The position numbers were made by a program, and so were the translations under genes. From Nitrososphaerota archaeon (lineage in GTDB: Archaea; Thermoproteota; Nitrososphaeria; Nitrososphaerales; UBA57), in contig PAVW01000008.1 in assembly GCA_002713205.1 (NCBI GenBank), forward strand, positions 1-20,995: a stretch of 20,995 nucleotides of DNA, written 5' to 3'. Shown piece by piece: positions 8,394-15,321 of the stretch. The notes under the pieces are model-generated. The model was not told the DNA's origin. It saw only the letters and a list, made by a program, of their open reading frames with translations, and did not search any database. Numbering within the stretch: position 1 is the first letter of the stretch; each line of letters opens with the position of its first letter.

Positions 8394-9083
8394 ATGGTCT
8401 TTATTGTTGCAGAAATTGGAGTGAACTGGGACGGGGATTTTGACTTAGTGAAACAAATGATGAATGAATCAAAACTACTTGGATTAAATGCTGTGAAATT
8501 TCAAGCATTTACATTTGAGATGGTAAAAAATCATCCTGAATCTAATAGACTAATGAATTCATCAATTACCAAAGAAAATATAGAAAAAATTAATGATATT
8601 TCTCAAGAAGTTGGAATTAACTGGTTTTGTACTCCAATGTATCCAGATGCTGTTAATTTTTTAGATAGATTTGTTTCTAGATACAAAATAAGAGAATTTG
8701 ATGGTCGTGAAATAATTCAATCAAATCAAACTGATTTATTTCAAACTATTTATAAAAAACATAAGAACATATTCATAAGTTCTGAAACAGTTCCAGTTAA
8801 TTGTTCATTTTATAATGATCCACAGATCAAATGGCTTTATTGTATTCCTAAATATCCATGCGGTCTTGACGATATCGATTTTTCTCTTTTAAAACATTTT
8901 GATGGTTTTTCAAATCATTGTAATTTAATTGAGGCACCAATTCGTGCATTACATGAGGGTATTGAAATCCTTGAAATCCATGTTACTTCTGATAAAACTA
9001 AAGATTTCGTTGATAATAACGTGAGTTTTGATTATGATGAAATTAAAGACATCATGAAAGTAGCAAAAGTTATCAATTCATAA
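8394..9083 (+). CDS. NeuB-family nonulosonic acid synthase-like protein, TIM-barrel only (no SAF domain)
   Basis: 229 aa. FIVAEIGVNWDGDFDLVKQMMNESKLLGLNAVKFQAF aligns to the NeuB N-terminal block EIGxNHxG...VKxQ. WFCTP, YKIREFD, WLYCIPKYP, GFSNHCN and LEIHVTSD align to FISTP, YKIGSGE, LLHCxxxYP, GLSDHT and LERHFT of N. meningitidis NeuB (from memory), so both metal-ligand His positions are retained. The ORF ends at 9083 and only 95 nt of non-coding DNA follow. Confidence 0.7.
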   Translation: MVFIVAEIGVNWDGDFDLVKQMMNESKLLGLNAVKFQAFTFEMVKNHPESNRLMNSSITKENIEKINDISQEVGINWFCTPMYPDAVNFLDRFVSRYKIREFDGREIIQSNQTDLFQTIYKKHKNIFISSETVPVNCSFYNDPQIKWLYCIPKYPCGLDDIDFSLLKHFDGFSNHCNLIEAPIRALHEGIEILEIHVTSDKTKDFVDNNVSFDYDEIKDIMKVAKVINS

Positions 9084-9148
9084 AATTTAGATGGAAAATG
9101 ATAAAATCTTCTAGAAACACTACAGTTGATTTGTGTTAATAAACTAGA

Positions 9149-9160
9149 AATTATATATAT
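9149..9160 (+). promoter_or_regulatory. TATA-like box upstream of aminotransferase 1
   Basis: aattatatatat is preceded by a purine-rich agaaa (BRE-like) and lies 19-30 nt upstream of ATG 9179, consistent with a leaderless or very short-leader archaeal transcript. Confidence 0.45.
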
Positions 9161-9178
9161 TGAAAGAGAGATAATGAT

Positions 9179-10312
9179 ATGAAAAATTGGAAAATACCTT
9201 TATACAAAATCTATACAGATGACGAGGATGTAAATTTAATCACAAAGGTAATCAAAAGGGGCTCTTCTTGGGCATTAGGACCAGAAATTGAAGAATTTGA
9301 AAACGCAATTAAAAACTATGTTGGTGTTGATTATTGTGCAACTCTAAATTCTGGTACTTCTGCATTACATGCAACTTATTTAGCATATGGAATCAAAGAT
9401 GGTGATGAAGTTATAATACCATCATTTTCATTTATTTCCACAGCAAACTCTGTTATGTTTGTAAATGCAAAACCAATTTTTGCAGATATTGAAGAAACAA
9501 CACTTGGATTAAATCCAGAACTACTTGAAGAAAAAATTTCAAGTTCCACGAAAGCAATAGTCCCTATGGATTATGGTGGTCTTTCATGTAATATTTTTGA
9601 AATTAATAATGTTGCTAAGAATAATAATATTTTATTGATTGAAGATGGTGCAGAGGCATTAGGTTCATCTGTACATGGGAAAAAAGTTGGCAGTGTTTCT
9701 GATTCGACAATATTTAGTTTCTGTGGTAATAAAGTACTAACTACTGGTGAGGGCGGTGCAGTAGTGACAAATTCTAAAGATATCTATGAAAAAATAAAAA
9801 TGGTTCGCTCACACGGCAGAATTAGTCAAATTGATTATTTTAATGACCCAAAAGGATCACAGTATATAGAACTTGGCTATAATTGGAGGATGTCTTCTTT
9901 AACTGCAGCTTTAGGAATATCACAACTTGGAAAACTTGATAAAATTATTAAAATGAGGAAAGAAAATGCAGAATATATCTCAGCCCGACTCTCAAAATTT
10001 ACACAAATTACACCTTTAACTCCCCCTGTTGGGTATGATCATATTTATCAAATGTACACAATTAAACTGCCAGATAGAAAAATCCGTAACTCTCTACATA
10101 ATTATCTTTTAGATAAGAGAATCTTCTCAAAAATCTATTTTGAACCAATTCATTTAACTGATTTTTATCGCCAAAAATTTGGCATAAAAGATGGTGCATT
10201 ACCAATCACAGAAAAAATATCTCAATGCATACTGACAATTCCTATTTATCCGAATATGACTATGGAAGAAAAAACATATCTTGTTGAATCAATTTCTGAT
10301 TTTTTTGAATAA
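9179..10312 (+). CDS. PLP-dependent sugar aminotransferase, DegT/DnrJ/EryC1/StrS family (PseC/LegC/PglE-like)
   Basis: 377 aa. GPEIEEFENAIKNYVGVDYCATLNSGTSALHA, IIPSFSFISTANSV, DGAEALGS, FSFCGNKVLTTGEGGAVVTN (PLP lysine) and WRMSSLTAALGISQL. Confidence 0.9.
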   Translation: MKNWKIPLYKIYTDDEDVNLITKVIKRGSSWALGPEIEEFENAIKNYVGVDYCATLNSGTSALHATYLAYGIKDGDEVIIPSFSFISTANSVMFVNAKPIFADIEETTLGLNPELLEEKISSSTKAIVPMDYGGLSCNIFEINNVAKNNNILLIEDGAEALGSSVHGKKVGSVSDSTIFSFCGNKVLTTGEGGAVVTNSKDIYEKIKMVRSHGRISQIDYFNDPKGSQYIELGYNWRMSSLTAALGISQLGKLDKIIKMRKENAEYISARLSKFTQITPLTPPVGYDHIYQMYTIKLPDRKIRNSLHNYLLDKRIFSKIYFEPIHLTDFYRQKFGIKDGALPITEKISQCILTIPIYPNMTMEEKTYLVESISDFFE

Positions 10313-10336
10313 AACTATAACACTGAAAATAATCTT

Positions 10337-11215
10337 CTACGATAAATAGTGTTTAATTACCCACATATCTGGAAATTCTTCTGCATTATCTCTTTCAACA
10401 TCTGAAATTAAGATTTCATCCATTTTTTCACCCTGTCTTAAGCCTACCACCTTATGTTTTTTAGATATTTTATTAGCTAGTTCTTTTATTTTGTATGACT
10501 TCATTTTTGGCACAAATATCTCTCCTTGATTTATGAGCGGTATACATTTTATAATAAAATCAACAGCTTCACCAATATGGAAAAAATATCTTTTCATGGA
10601 TAAATTGGTAATTGATAGAGGCAAATTATCTTTGAACTCCTTATCCCAAACTTCAAATACATTTCCTCTAGTTTCGATAACATTGCCAAATCGGACGCTG
10701 GCAAATTTAGTATGTTCAACATGCATTCCAGCCCAACTAGTTAATCTCTCACCCAACTGTTTTGTTGTTCCATAAAGTGTGGATGCGTCTGCTGCTTTAT
10801 CGGTACTTATGTTTAGAAATTTAATTGGTTTATTACGAATTATAGCCTTTATAATATTTACAATTCCATTTATGTTAACATCAATTGTTTCAATCGGATT
10901 AAATTCTGAAATCTCAATATTTTTTACAGCAGCGGCATGTATGATTATATCTACATTATCACATGCCATGTTGATTCTGTCTTTATCAGTAATACTTCCA
11001 AGCAGAAGTCTTAATCTTGGATCATTTACGTCACGCTTTAATTTAAATAGCCCATATTCATCAATATCTAAAACTCTTATAGCTTTAATTGGATATTCTA
11101 AAAGATGTTTTGCCAGGGCAGTTCCAATACTTCCAGCTCCTCCAGTCAACAAGATTGTTTTATTTTTTAATTCTTTTTTAATATCTGATAGATTACTAGT
11201 GTTTTTTTTACGCAT
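10337..11215 (-). CDS. NDP-GlcNAc 4,6-dehydratase, short soluble Polysacc_synt_2 type (PseB/FlaA1/PglF/CapD-like)
   Basis: 292 aa. KTILLTGGAGSIGTAL, DPRLRLLLGSITD, HAAAVKNIEISEFNPIETIDVNING, STDKAADASTLYGTTK, RFGNVIETRGNV, GEIFVPKMKSYKIKELA and GLRQGEKMDE align block by block with H. pylori FlaA1/PseB as I recall it. Retaining versus inverting (Leg versus Pse) stereochemistry cannot be judged by eye. Confidence 0.85.
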   Translation of the reverse strand: MRKKNTSNLSDIKKELKNKTILLTGGAGSIGTALAKHLLEYPIKAIRVLDIDEYGLFKLKRDVNDPRLRLLLGSITDKDRINMACDNVDIIIHAAAVKNIEISEFNPIETIDVNINGIVNIIKAIIRNKPIKFLNISTDKAADASTLYGTTKQLGERLTSWAGMHVEHTKFASVRFGNVIETRGNVFEVWDKEFKDNLPLSITNLSMKRYFFHIGEAVDFIIKCIPLINQGEIFVPKMKSYKIKELANKISKKHKVVGLRQGEKMDEILISDVERDNAEEFPDMWVIKHYLS

Positions 11216-11352
11216 TTATTGCATCTCCAAATAAATCATTTTTCTAACATTTGCTCTAAAATCTTGCATATTAATAATTTCGTCTTTTTTTATTTTATTA
11301 TGTTTTAATTTTAGTCATATAATGAATGAATGCAACATAACATAATTCAATA

Positions 11353-11362
11353 CTATTTATTA
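11353..11362 (+). promoter_or_regulatory. TATA-like box upstream of the oxidoreductase operon
   Basis: ctatttatta is centred about 28 nt upstream of ATG 11386, in a 170-bp divergent spacer. Confidence 0.3.
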
Positions 11363-11385
11363 CTAATAATTTGTGAGGTTTATCC

Positions 11386-12327
11386 ATGAAAAAATATAAT
11401 GTGATAGTGATTGGTTTAGGTTTAATCGGAATGAGGTATGGTATTGATCCAAAAAGAAAACAACCTGCAAGTCATATTGCTGCTATATTAGAAAATAAAA
11501 ATTTACAATTAATAGGAGTATGTGATACAGAGAAAAATGCAAGAGATCTTTTTACTGAAAAATATAAAAAAATACATGTTTTTGATAATTTTTCAGAACT
11601 TGCAAGTAAAATTAATCAGAAACAAATTGATTGTGATATTATAGTTATTTCTACTCCTGACTCAACTCATGTAGAGATTTTGAATTCTTTAGTTGAAAAT
11701 CTCAACCATATAGAAAAGTCTGTGATTATATTTTGCGAAAAACCATTAACACCAGATTTGTATACTGCCAAACAAGTAAAATCTCTCATAAAAAATCCTC
11801 ATATCAAAATTGTTGTAAACCATACTAGGAGATGGAGTGAGATTTGGAATGAAGCTCACATATTATCTAAAGACATTGGGCATATTAAAAAGGCAGCATT
11901 TTATTTTTCAACAACTGCTGAAAATAAAGAAATTAATCAAATTAGAGACGGTATTCATATTGCTGATTTAATGAATTGGTTTAATATTTTAGAAAAAACA
12001 ACGATAAACAGATTAGATATACCATATTTTATTTATGATTTCTATCTTTGGGGTTCAAAAGGAAAGATAGAAATTTTATCAAATGGCCAAATTCTAAATT
12101 TCTTTAAATCAAAGGAATCTTCTAAATATGAAGGATATCAAGATTTGGAATTAATTTGCACCAAAAAAGTTAACGAATCATTTTTTTCTAAAATCTATAA
12201 AGAATTTGTAGAATTTTTGGATGGAAGTATTTCTTCACTCTCTACCAATATTGACGATGCTATATCTGCATTATCTACTTTTGAGAAATATGTATTTGAT
12301 ATGGAGAAATCTAAAACTAGGGGATGA
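11386..12327 (+). CDS. Gfo/Idh/MocA family NAD(P)-dependent sugar oxidoreductase
   Basis: 313 aa. Rossmann motif VIVIGLGLIG, VISTPDSTHVEI and the FCEKPL (EKP) motif. An SD-like gtgaggt sits at 11373-11379, 6 nt before the ATG. Confidence 0.8.
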   Translation: MKKYNVIVIGLGLIGMRYGIDPKRKQPASHIAAILENKNLQLIGVCDTEKNARDLFTEKYKKIHVFDNFSELASKINQKQIDCDIIVISTPDSTHVEILNSLVENLNHIEKSVIIFCEKPLTPDLYTAKQVKSLIKNPHIKIVVNHTRRWSEIWNEAHILSKDIGHIKKAAFYFSTTAENKEINQIRDGIHIADLMNWFNILEKTTINRLDIPYFIYDFYLWGSKGKIEILSNGQILNFFKSKESSKYEGYQDLELICTKKVNESFFSKIYKEFVEFLDGSISSLSTNIDDAISALSTFEKYVFDMEKSKTRG

Positions 12328-12333
12328 AACATT

Positions 12334-13503
12334 TTGACTAAACGATTTAACGACAAGGAAATTGAAGCAGTAAAAAATGTCATAGAAAACGGCAAATATC
12401 TTTCAGGATTTACAACAAAGTTTAGAGGAGGTGAAGAGGTACAGAAATTTGAAAAGGAATTTGCTAAATACATTGGTGTGAAGTATGCACTATGTGTAAA
12501 CTCTGGGACATCTGCATTATTTATTGCATTCAAGACTGCTATTCAATATGGTAAAAAAACTAAAAATTCTAAATTAATAAAACCAAATATCCATCTTCCT
12601 GCATATACTTTTACTGCTGATCCAAGTGCTGCGCTTCAAGTGGGTGGTAAAATAGTTTTTGAAGATATTGATAAGAAATCATACTGTATGTTGAAGCCTA
12701 AAATACACACTCCGATATGTGTTCCAACACATTTGTTAGGAAATGCAATACAGCCATCAAATTTTGGAAAAACTGAATTTTTAATAGAAGACTGTTGTCA
12801 ATCTTTGGGAACTCGGGTTGGTCAAAGAATGGTGGGTAGTTTTGGAGCAATGAGCATATTTAGTTTTCAAGAAACAAAACATATTACAACACTTGGAGAA
12901 GGTGGAATGATATGTTCTGATAATGAAGAATTAATTGAGATTGCGGCTGCAATTAGAAATCATGGTGAATATTACCAACAAAAAAATTATTTTGGCGGTA
13001 ATTTTCGTATGACAGAAGCGCAAGCCGCATTTGGAAGAATACAACTAAAAAAAATCAATTCTATTCTGAAAATGTTTAGAACTAATGCTAAACAAATAAT
13101 AAAAAAACTTCCAAACGGTATTATTCCACCATACATAAACCATAAAGTAGAACACTCATTTTTAGTAATTGGTTGTTTATATGACAAAAAAATAATTGGT
13201 GTTGATAGAGAAATTTTCTTAAAAAAACTTACAGCAAACAGAAAGCATATTCTAGAAATGGATGAAAAATCAGATATAAAAGGTATTAATATGAAATCTG
13301 GGAAATTAATTTCTTCAGGTTATTCAATTCCTCTTTATAACGTTCCACTCTTCAAGAAATTTAAGCCTAAGAATGGTTGTAAAAATGTAGAAGACATAAT
13401 AAAAAAATCATTTTGGATGGACATTCACAAGTTTAGAACTAGTGAAGAAATATCTGAAGAAATTGATATTTTAAATGATACTATAACAAAATTTCAACAA
13501 TGA
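12334..13503 (+). CDS. Second DegT/DnrJ/EryC1-family sugar aminotransferase
   Basis: 389 aa with a TTG start 6 nt after the oxidoreductase stop. GEEVQKFEKEFAKYIGVKYALCVNSGTSALFIA, EDCCQSLG, FSFQETKHITTLGEGGMICS and FRMTEAQAAFGRIQL. Its stop overlaps the next start (ATGA at 13500-13503). Confidence 0.85.
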   Translation: MTKRFNDKEIEAVKNVIENGKYLSGFTTKFRGGEEVQKFEKEFAKYIGVKYALCVNSGTSALFIAFKTAIQYGKKTKNSKLIKPNIHLPAYTFTADPSAALQVGGKIVFEDIDKKSYCMLKPKIHTPICVPTHLLGNAIQPSNFGKTEFLIEDCCQSLGTRVGQRMVGSFGAMSIFSFQETKHITTLGEGGMICSDNEELIEIAAAIRNHGEYYQQKNYFGGNFRMTEAQAAFGRIQLKKINSILKMFRTNAKQIIKKLPNGIIPPYINHKVEHSFLVIGCLYDKKIIGVDREIFLKKLTANRKHILEMDEKSDIKGINMKSGKLISSGYSIPLYNVPLFKKFKPKNGCKNVEDIIKKSFWMDIHKFRTSEEISEEIDILNDTITKFQQ

Positions 13504-14210
13504 AAATTATATCTATAATAACTGCACGCTCTGGCTCTAAGGGGGTTCCCCACAAAAACATCCGAAATCTTGGTGGAATACCACTGTTAGGTTGGGGTGT
13601 GAAAGCAGCCAGTAAATCGAAGATGATTAACAAAATTATACTATCAACTGATTCAGAAGAATATTTCAAAATTGCAAATTCATTTAATGACGAAATAATT
13701 TTTCATAAACGAACTCCCGAGTTAGCAGAAGATGTTCCTTCCGAGTTGGTATTGTTAGATGTGATTAATAAATTCGATGAACTTTTTGATGATGATGCTA
13801 TTATTGTTTTAATACAACCAACTACACCGTTTGTATCACATATTGATATTGACACGTGTATTGAAAAATTAATAAAAAATCCACATGTGAATAGTTGTAT
13901 TACTGTAAAAGAAGTAACAGAACATCCTGAATGGGTAATAAATAAAAAAGAAAATTTTGATGATATTGGAGAATGTCTTGATCTATCTGGAAGTTTTTCC
14001 GTGAGGCAAAATCTGAAAAAAAGATGGATTGCTAATGGTGGTGCATATGCAATAAGAAAATCATTTTTTGAAAAAAATAAAAAAATAATAGATGAAAAAA
14101 ATACTCTTGTTCATGAAATGCCAAAAATAAAAAGTTTAGACATAGATGAAGAATATGATTTCATGTTATGTGAATTATTAGCAAATTCTGGATTAGTGAA
14201 TCCAGAATAA
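13500..14210 (+). CDS. neuA: CMP-nonulosonic acid synthetase (acylneuraminate cytidylyltransferase; NeuA/LegF/PseF-like)
   Basis: 236 aa. IISIITARSGSKGVPHKNIRNLGGIPLLGW carries the ARxGSKxxxxKN signature of CMP-sugar cytidylyltransferases; VLIQPTTPF is also present. It is translationally coupled to the preceding aminotransferase. Confidence 0.9.
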   Translation: MKIISIITARSGSKGVPHKNIRNLGGIPLLGWGVKAASKSKMINKIILSTDSEEYFKIANSFNDEIIFHKRTPELAEDVPSELVLLDVINKFDELFDDDAIIVLIQPTTPFVSHIDIDTCIEKLIKNPHVNSCITVKEVTEHPEWVINKKENFDDIGECLDLSGSFSVRQNLKKRWIANGGAYAIRKSFFEKNKKIIDEKNTLVHEMPKIKSLDIDEEYDFMLCELLANSGLVNPE

Positions 14211-14231
14211 GTTTTTAAAATTATTGATTAG

Positions 14232-14243
14232 CTTATATTAAAG
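14232..14243 (+). promoter_or_regulatory. TATA-like box upstream of the small ORF / DUF115 / B12-rSAM unit
   Basis: cttatattaaag lies 28-39 nt upstream of ATG 14271. This suggests the DUF115 and B12-rSAM genes can be transcribed independently of neuA. Confidence 0.4.
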
Positions 14244-14270
14244 ACAAATTAAGTTATTGTTAGTAGAAAA

Positions 14271-14435
14271 ATGAAAAAAAAACTATTATGTGGTAATTAT
14301 GAACCAAAAGTTAATCCTGAAGTAGAAATCTCTGAACCAAAAAACGAACCTGAATTTGAAACAGAAGCACTCAAACATCTTGGTGGAAGCATAGCATTTG
14401 TGAGGGGTGATAAGTTCTATGAAGAAAATAACTGA
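14271..14435 (+). CDS. Hypothetical small acidic protein (54 aa), not in the supplied ORF track
   Basis: ATG at 14271 to TGA at 14433-14435 reads MKKKLLCGNYEPKVNPEVEISEPKNEPEFETEALKHLGGSIAFVRGDKFYEENN. A TATA-like box (cttatattaaag, 14232-14243) lies about 30 nt upstream, the same geometry as other genes here. The ORF overlaps the start of the DUF115 gene in another frame. There is no homology evidence, so it could be a chance ORF in the 196-nt spacer. Confidence 0.3.
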   Translation: MKKKLLCGNYEPKVNPEVEISEPKNEPEFETEALKHLGGSIAFVRGDKFYEENN

Positions 14436-15321
14436 TAATGAACTTCTTGATATTATAACCAAAAGTACATTAGAAATTCATGGTCCTATGTGGCTTGAGA
14501 ATATACAATATAATGAAAAAAAATATGGGTTCAACGATACATTAAATGGAATTAAAATAAAATCGTCTAAAACATTAGTAATTGCTGCAGGTCCTACTTT
14601 CAAGAAAGTTTTTGGAAAAAACTTTCAAGAGATTATGAAAAAAAGAAATGAAATAACCATTGTGGCATGTGATGGAGCATTATCAATGCTTACCGAGATT
14701 AACTGTATTCCGGACTATGTTGTTTCCGTAGATGGTGATCCAATAATTGCAAATTTTTATAAAAAATCTAAAAAAATTCTTCGAGGTGTAACTGTGATTC
14801 TAGCTACATCAATTAATCCAAATGTAGTCAAGGAATGTATTGATGCTGGTGCTAAAATAAAATGGGTTCAACCATTCTTCAGAAATAATTCTGAAGAAGA
14901 ATTCTTTAGAGATGGAATTACATCTATAAAGATGGGAGGAAATGTTGGAACTGCATCATACATTCTAACAGCATTTGCACTTAAAGGGAATCCAATTGGG
15001 TTAATGGGAATAGAATTTGCGTGGAGTGATGATACACCATATAGCGATACACAATATTATAACCAGCTTATGAAATCATTTGATAAAAACCAAGAAAAAG
15101 TTGAAGAACAATTTATTCATGTTAATAATCCAAGAAATGGTAATGTATACATTGCAGATCCAGTGTATTATGCGTATTTCTTAATGCTTAAAGAGATTTG
15201 GAGTGAACTTCCTTCAGAAATTAAGGATAATACCTATAATCTAACTAGTGAGGGGATACTAAATATTGCCGATTTAAAATATATACATATTAAAAAGTTC
15301 TTAGAATTAGAACAGAAATGA
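14419..15321 (+). CDS. MptE-like / DUF115 (Maf, MAF_flag10) domain protein; candidate CMP-NulO-dependent protein glycosyltransferase
   Basis: The ORF is open from 14404. The track uses GTG 14407; I prefer ATG 14419, which is preceded by an SD-like gaggggtga (14402-14410). The core KTLVIAAGPTFKK ... ITIVACDGALSMLTEINCIPDYVVSVDGDP fits the G-P-S/T ... D-x-A ... P-D-x-x-x-x-D signature of the DUF115 domain. Its stop overlaps the next gene's start. Confidence 0.75.
   Translation: MKKITDNELLDIITKSTLEIHGPMWLENIQYNEKKYGFNDTLNGIKIKSSKTLVIAAGPTFKKVFGKNFQEIMKKRNEITIVACDGALSMLTEINCIPDYVVSVDGDPIIANFYKKSKKILRGVTVILATSINPNVVKECIDAGAKIKWVQPFFRNNSEEEFFRDGITSIKMGGNVGTASYILTAFALKGNPIGLMGIEFAWSDDTPYSDTQYYNQLMKSFDKNQEKVEEQFIHVNNPRNGNVYIADPVYYAYFLMLKEIWSELPSEIKDNTYNLTSEGILNIADLKYIHIKKFLELEQK

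Noticed and set aside
10533-11234. Tracked ORFs 10533-10775(+) and 10779-11234(+), the latter 151 aa
   Set aside because: Both are antisense to the PseB/FlaA1-like dehydratase, whose alignment to the family is continuous over its whole length. The antisense products have no recognisable motif.
11216-11269. 17-codon upstream ORF (MQDFRANVRKMIYLEMQ) ending in TAA directly abutting the dehydratase ATG (taaATG)
   Set aside because: It could be a regulatory uORF or the tail of a lost gene. However, it is very short, I found no similarity to any other gene end in the window, and the in-frame upstream sequence is full of stops. It cannot be distinguished from chance.
12195-13669. Tracked ORFs 12195-12533(-), 12987-13187(-) and 13481-13669(-)
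   Set aside because: They are antisense to the oxidoreductase, aminotransferase 2 and neuA genes, which are tightly coupled on the plus strand. They are shadow ORFs.
14404-14435. Idea that the 54-codon ORF and the DUF115 gene are one gene split by a frameshift
   Set aside because: The DUF115 frame has stops at 14392 and 14401, so any shift would have to occur within about 30 nt. That stretch contains no slippery run apart from GGGG. The DUF115 ORF also has its own ATG with an SD-like sequence. This cannot be excluded without homologues, but it is not supported.
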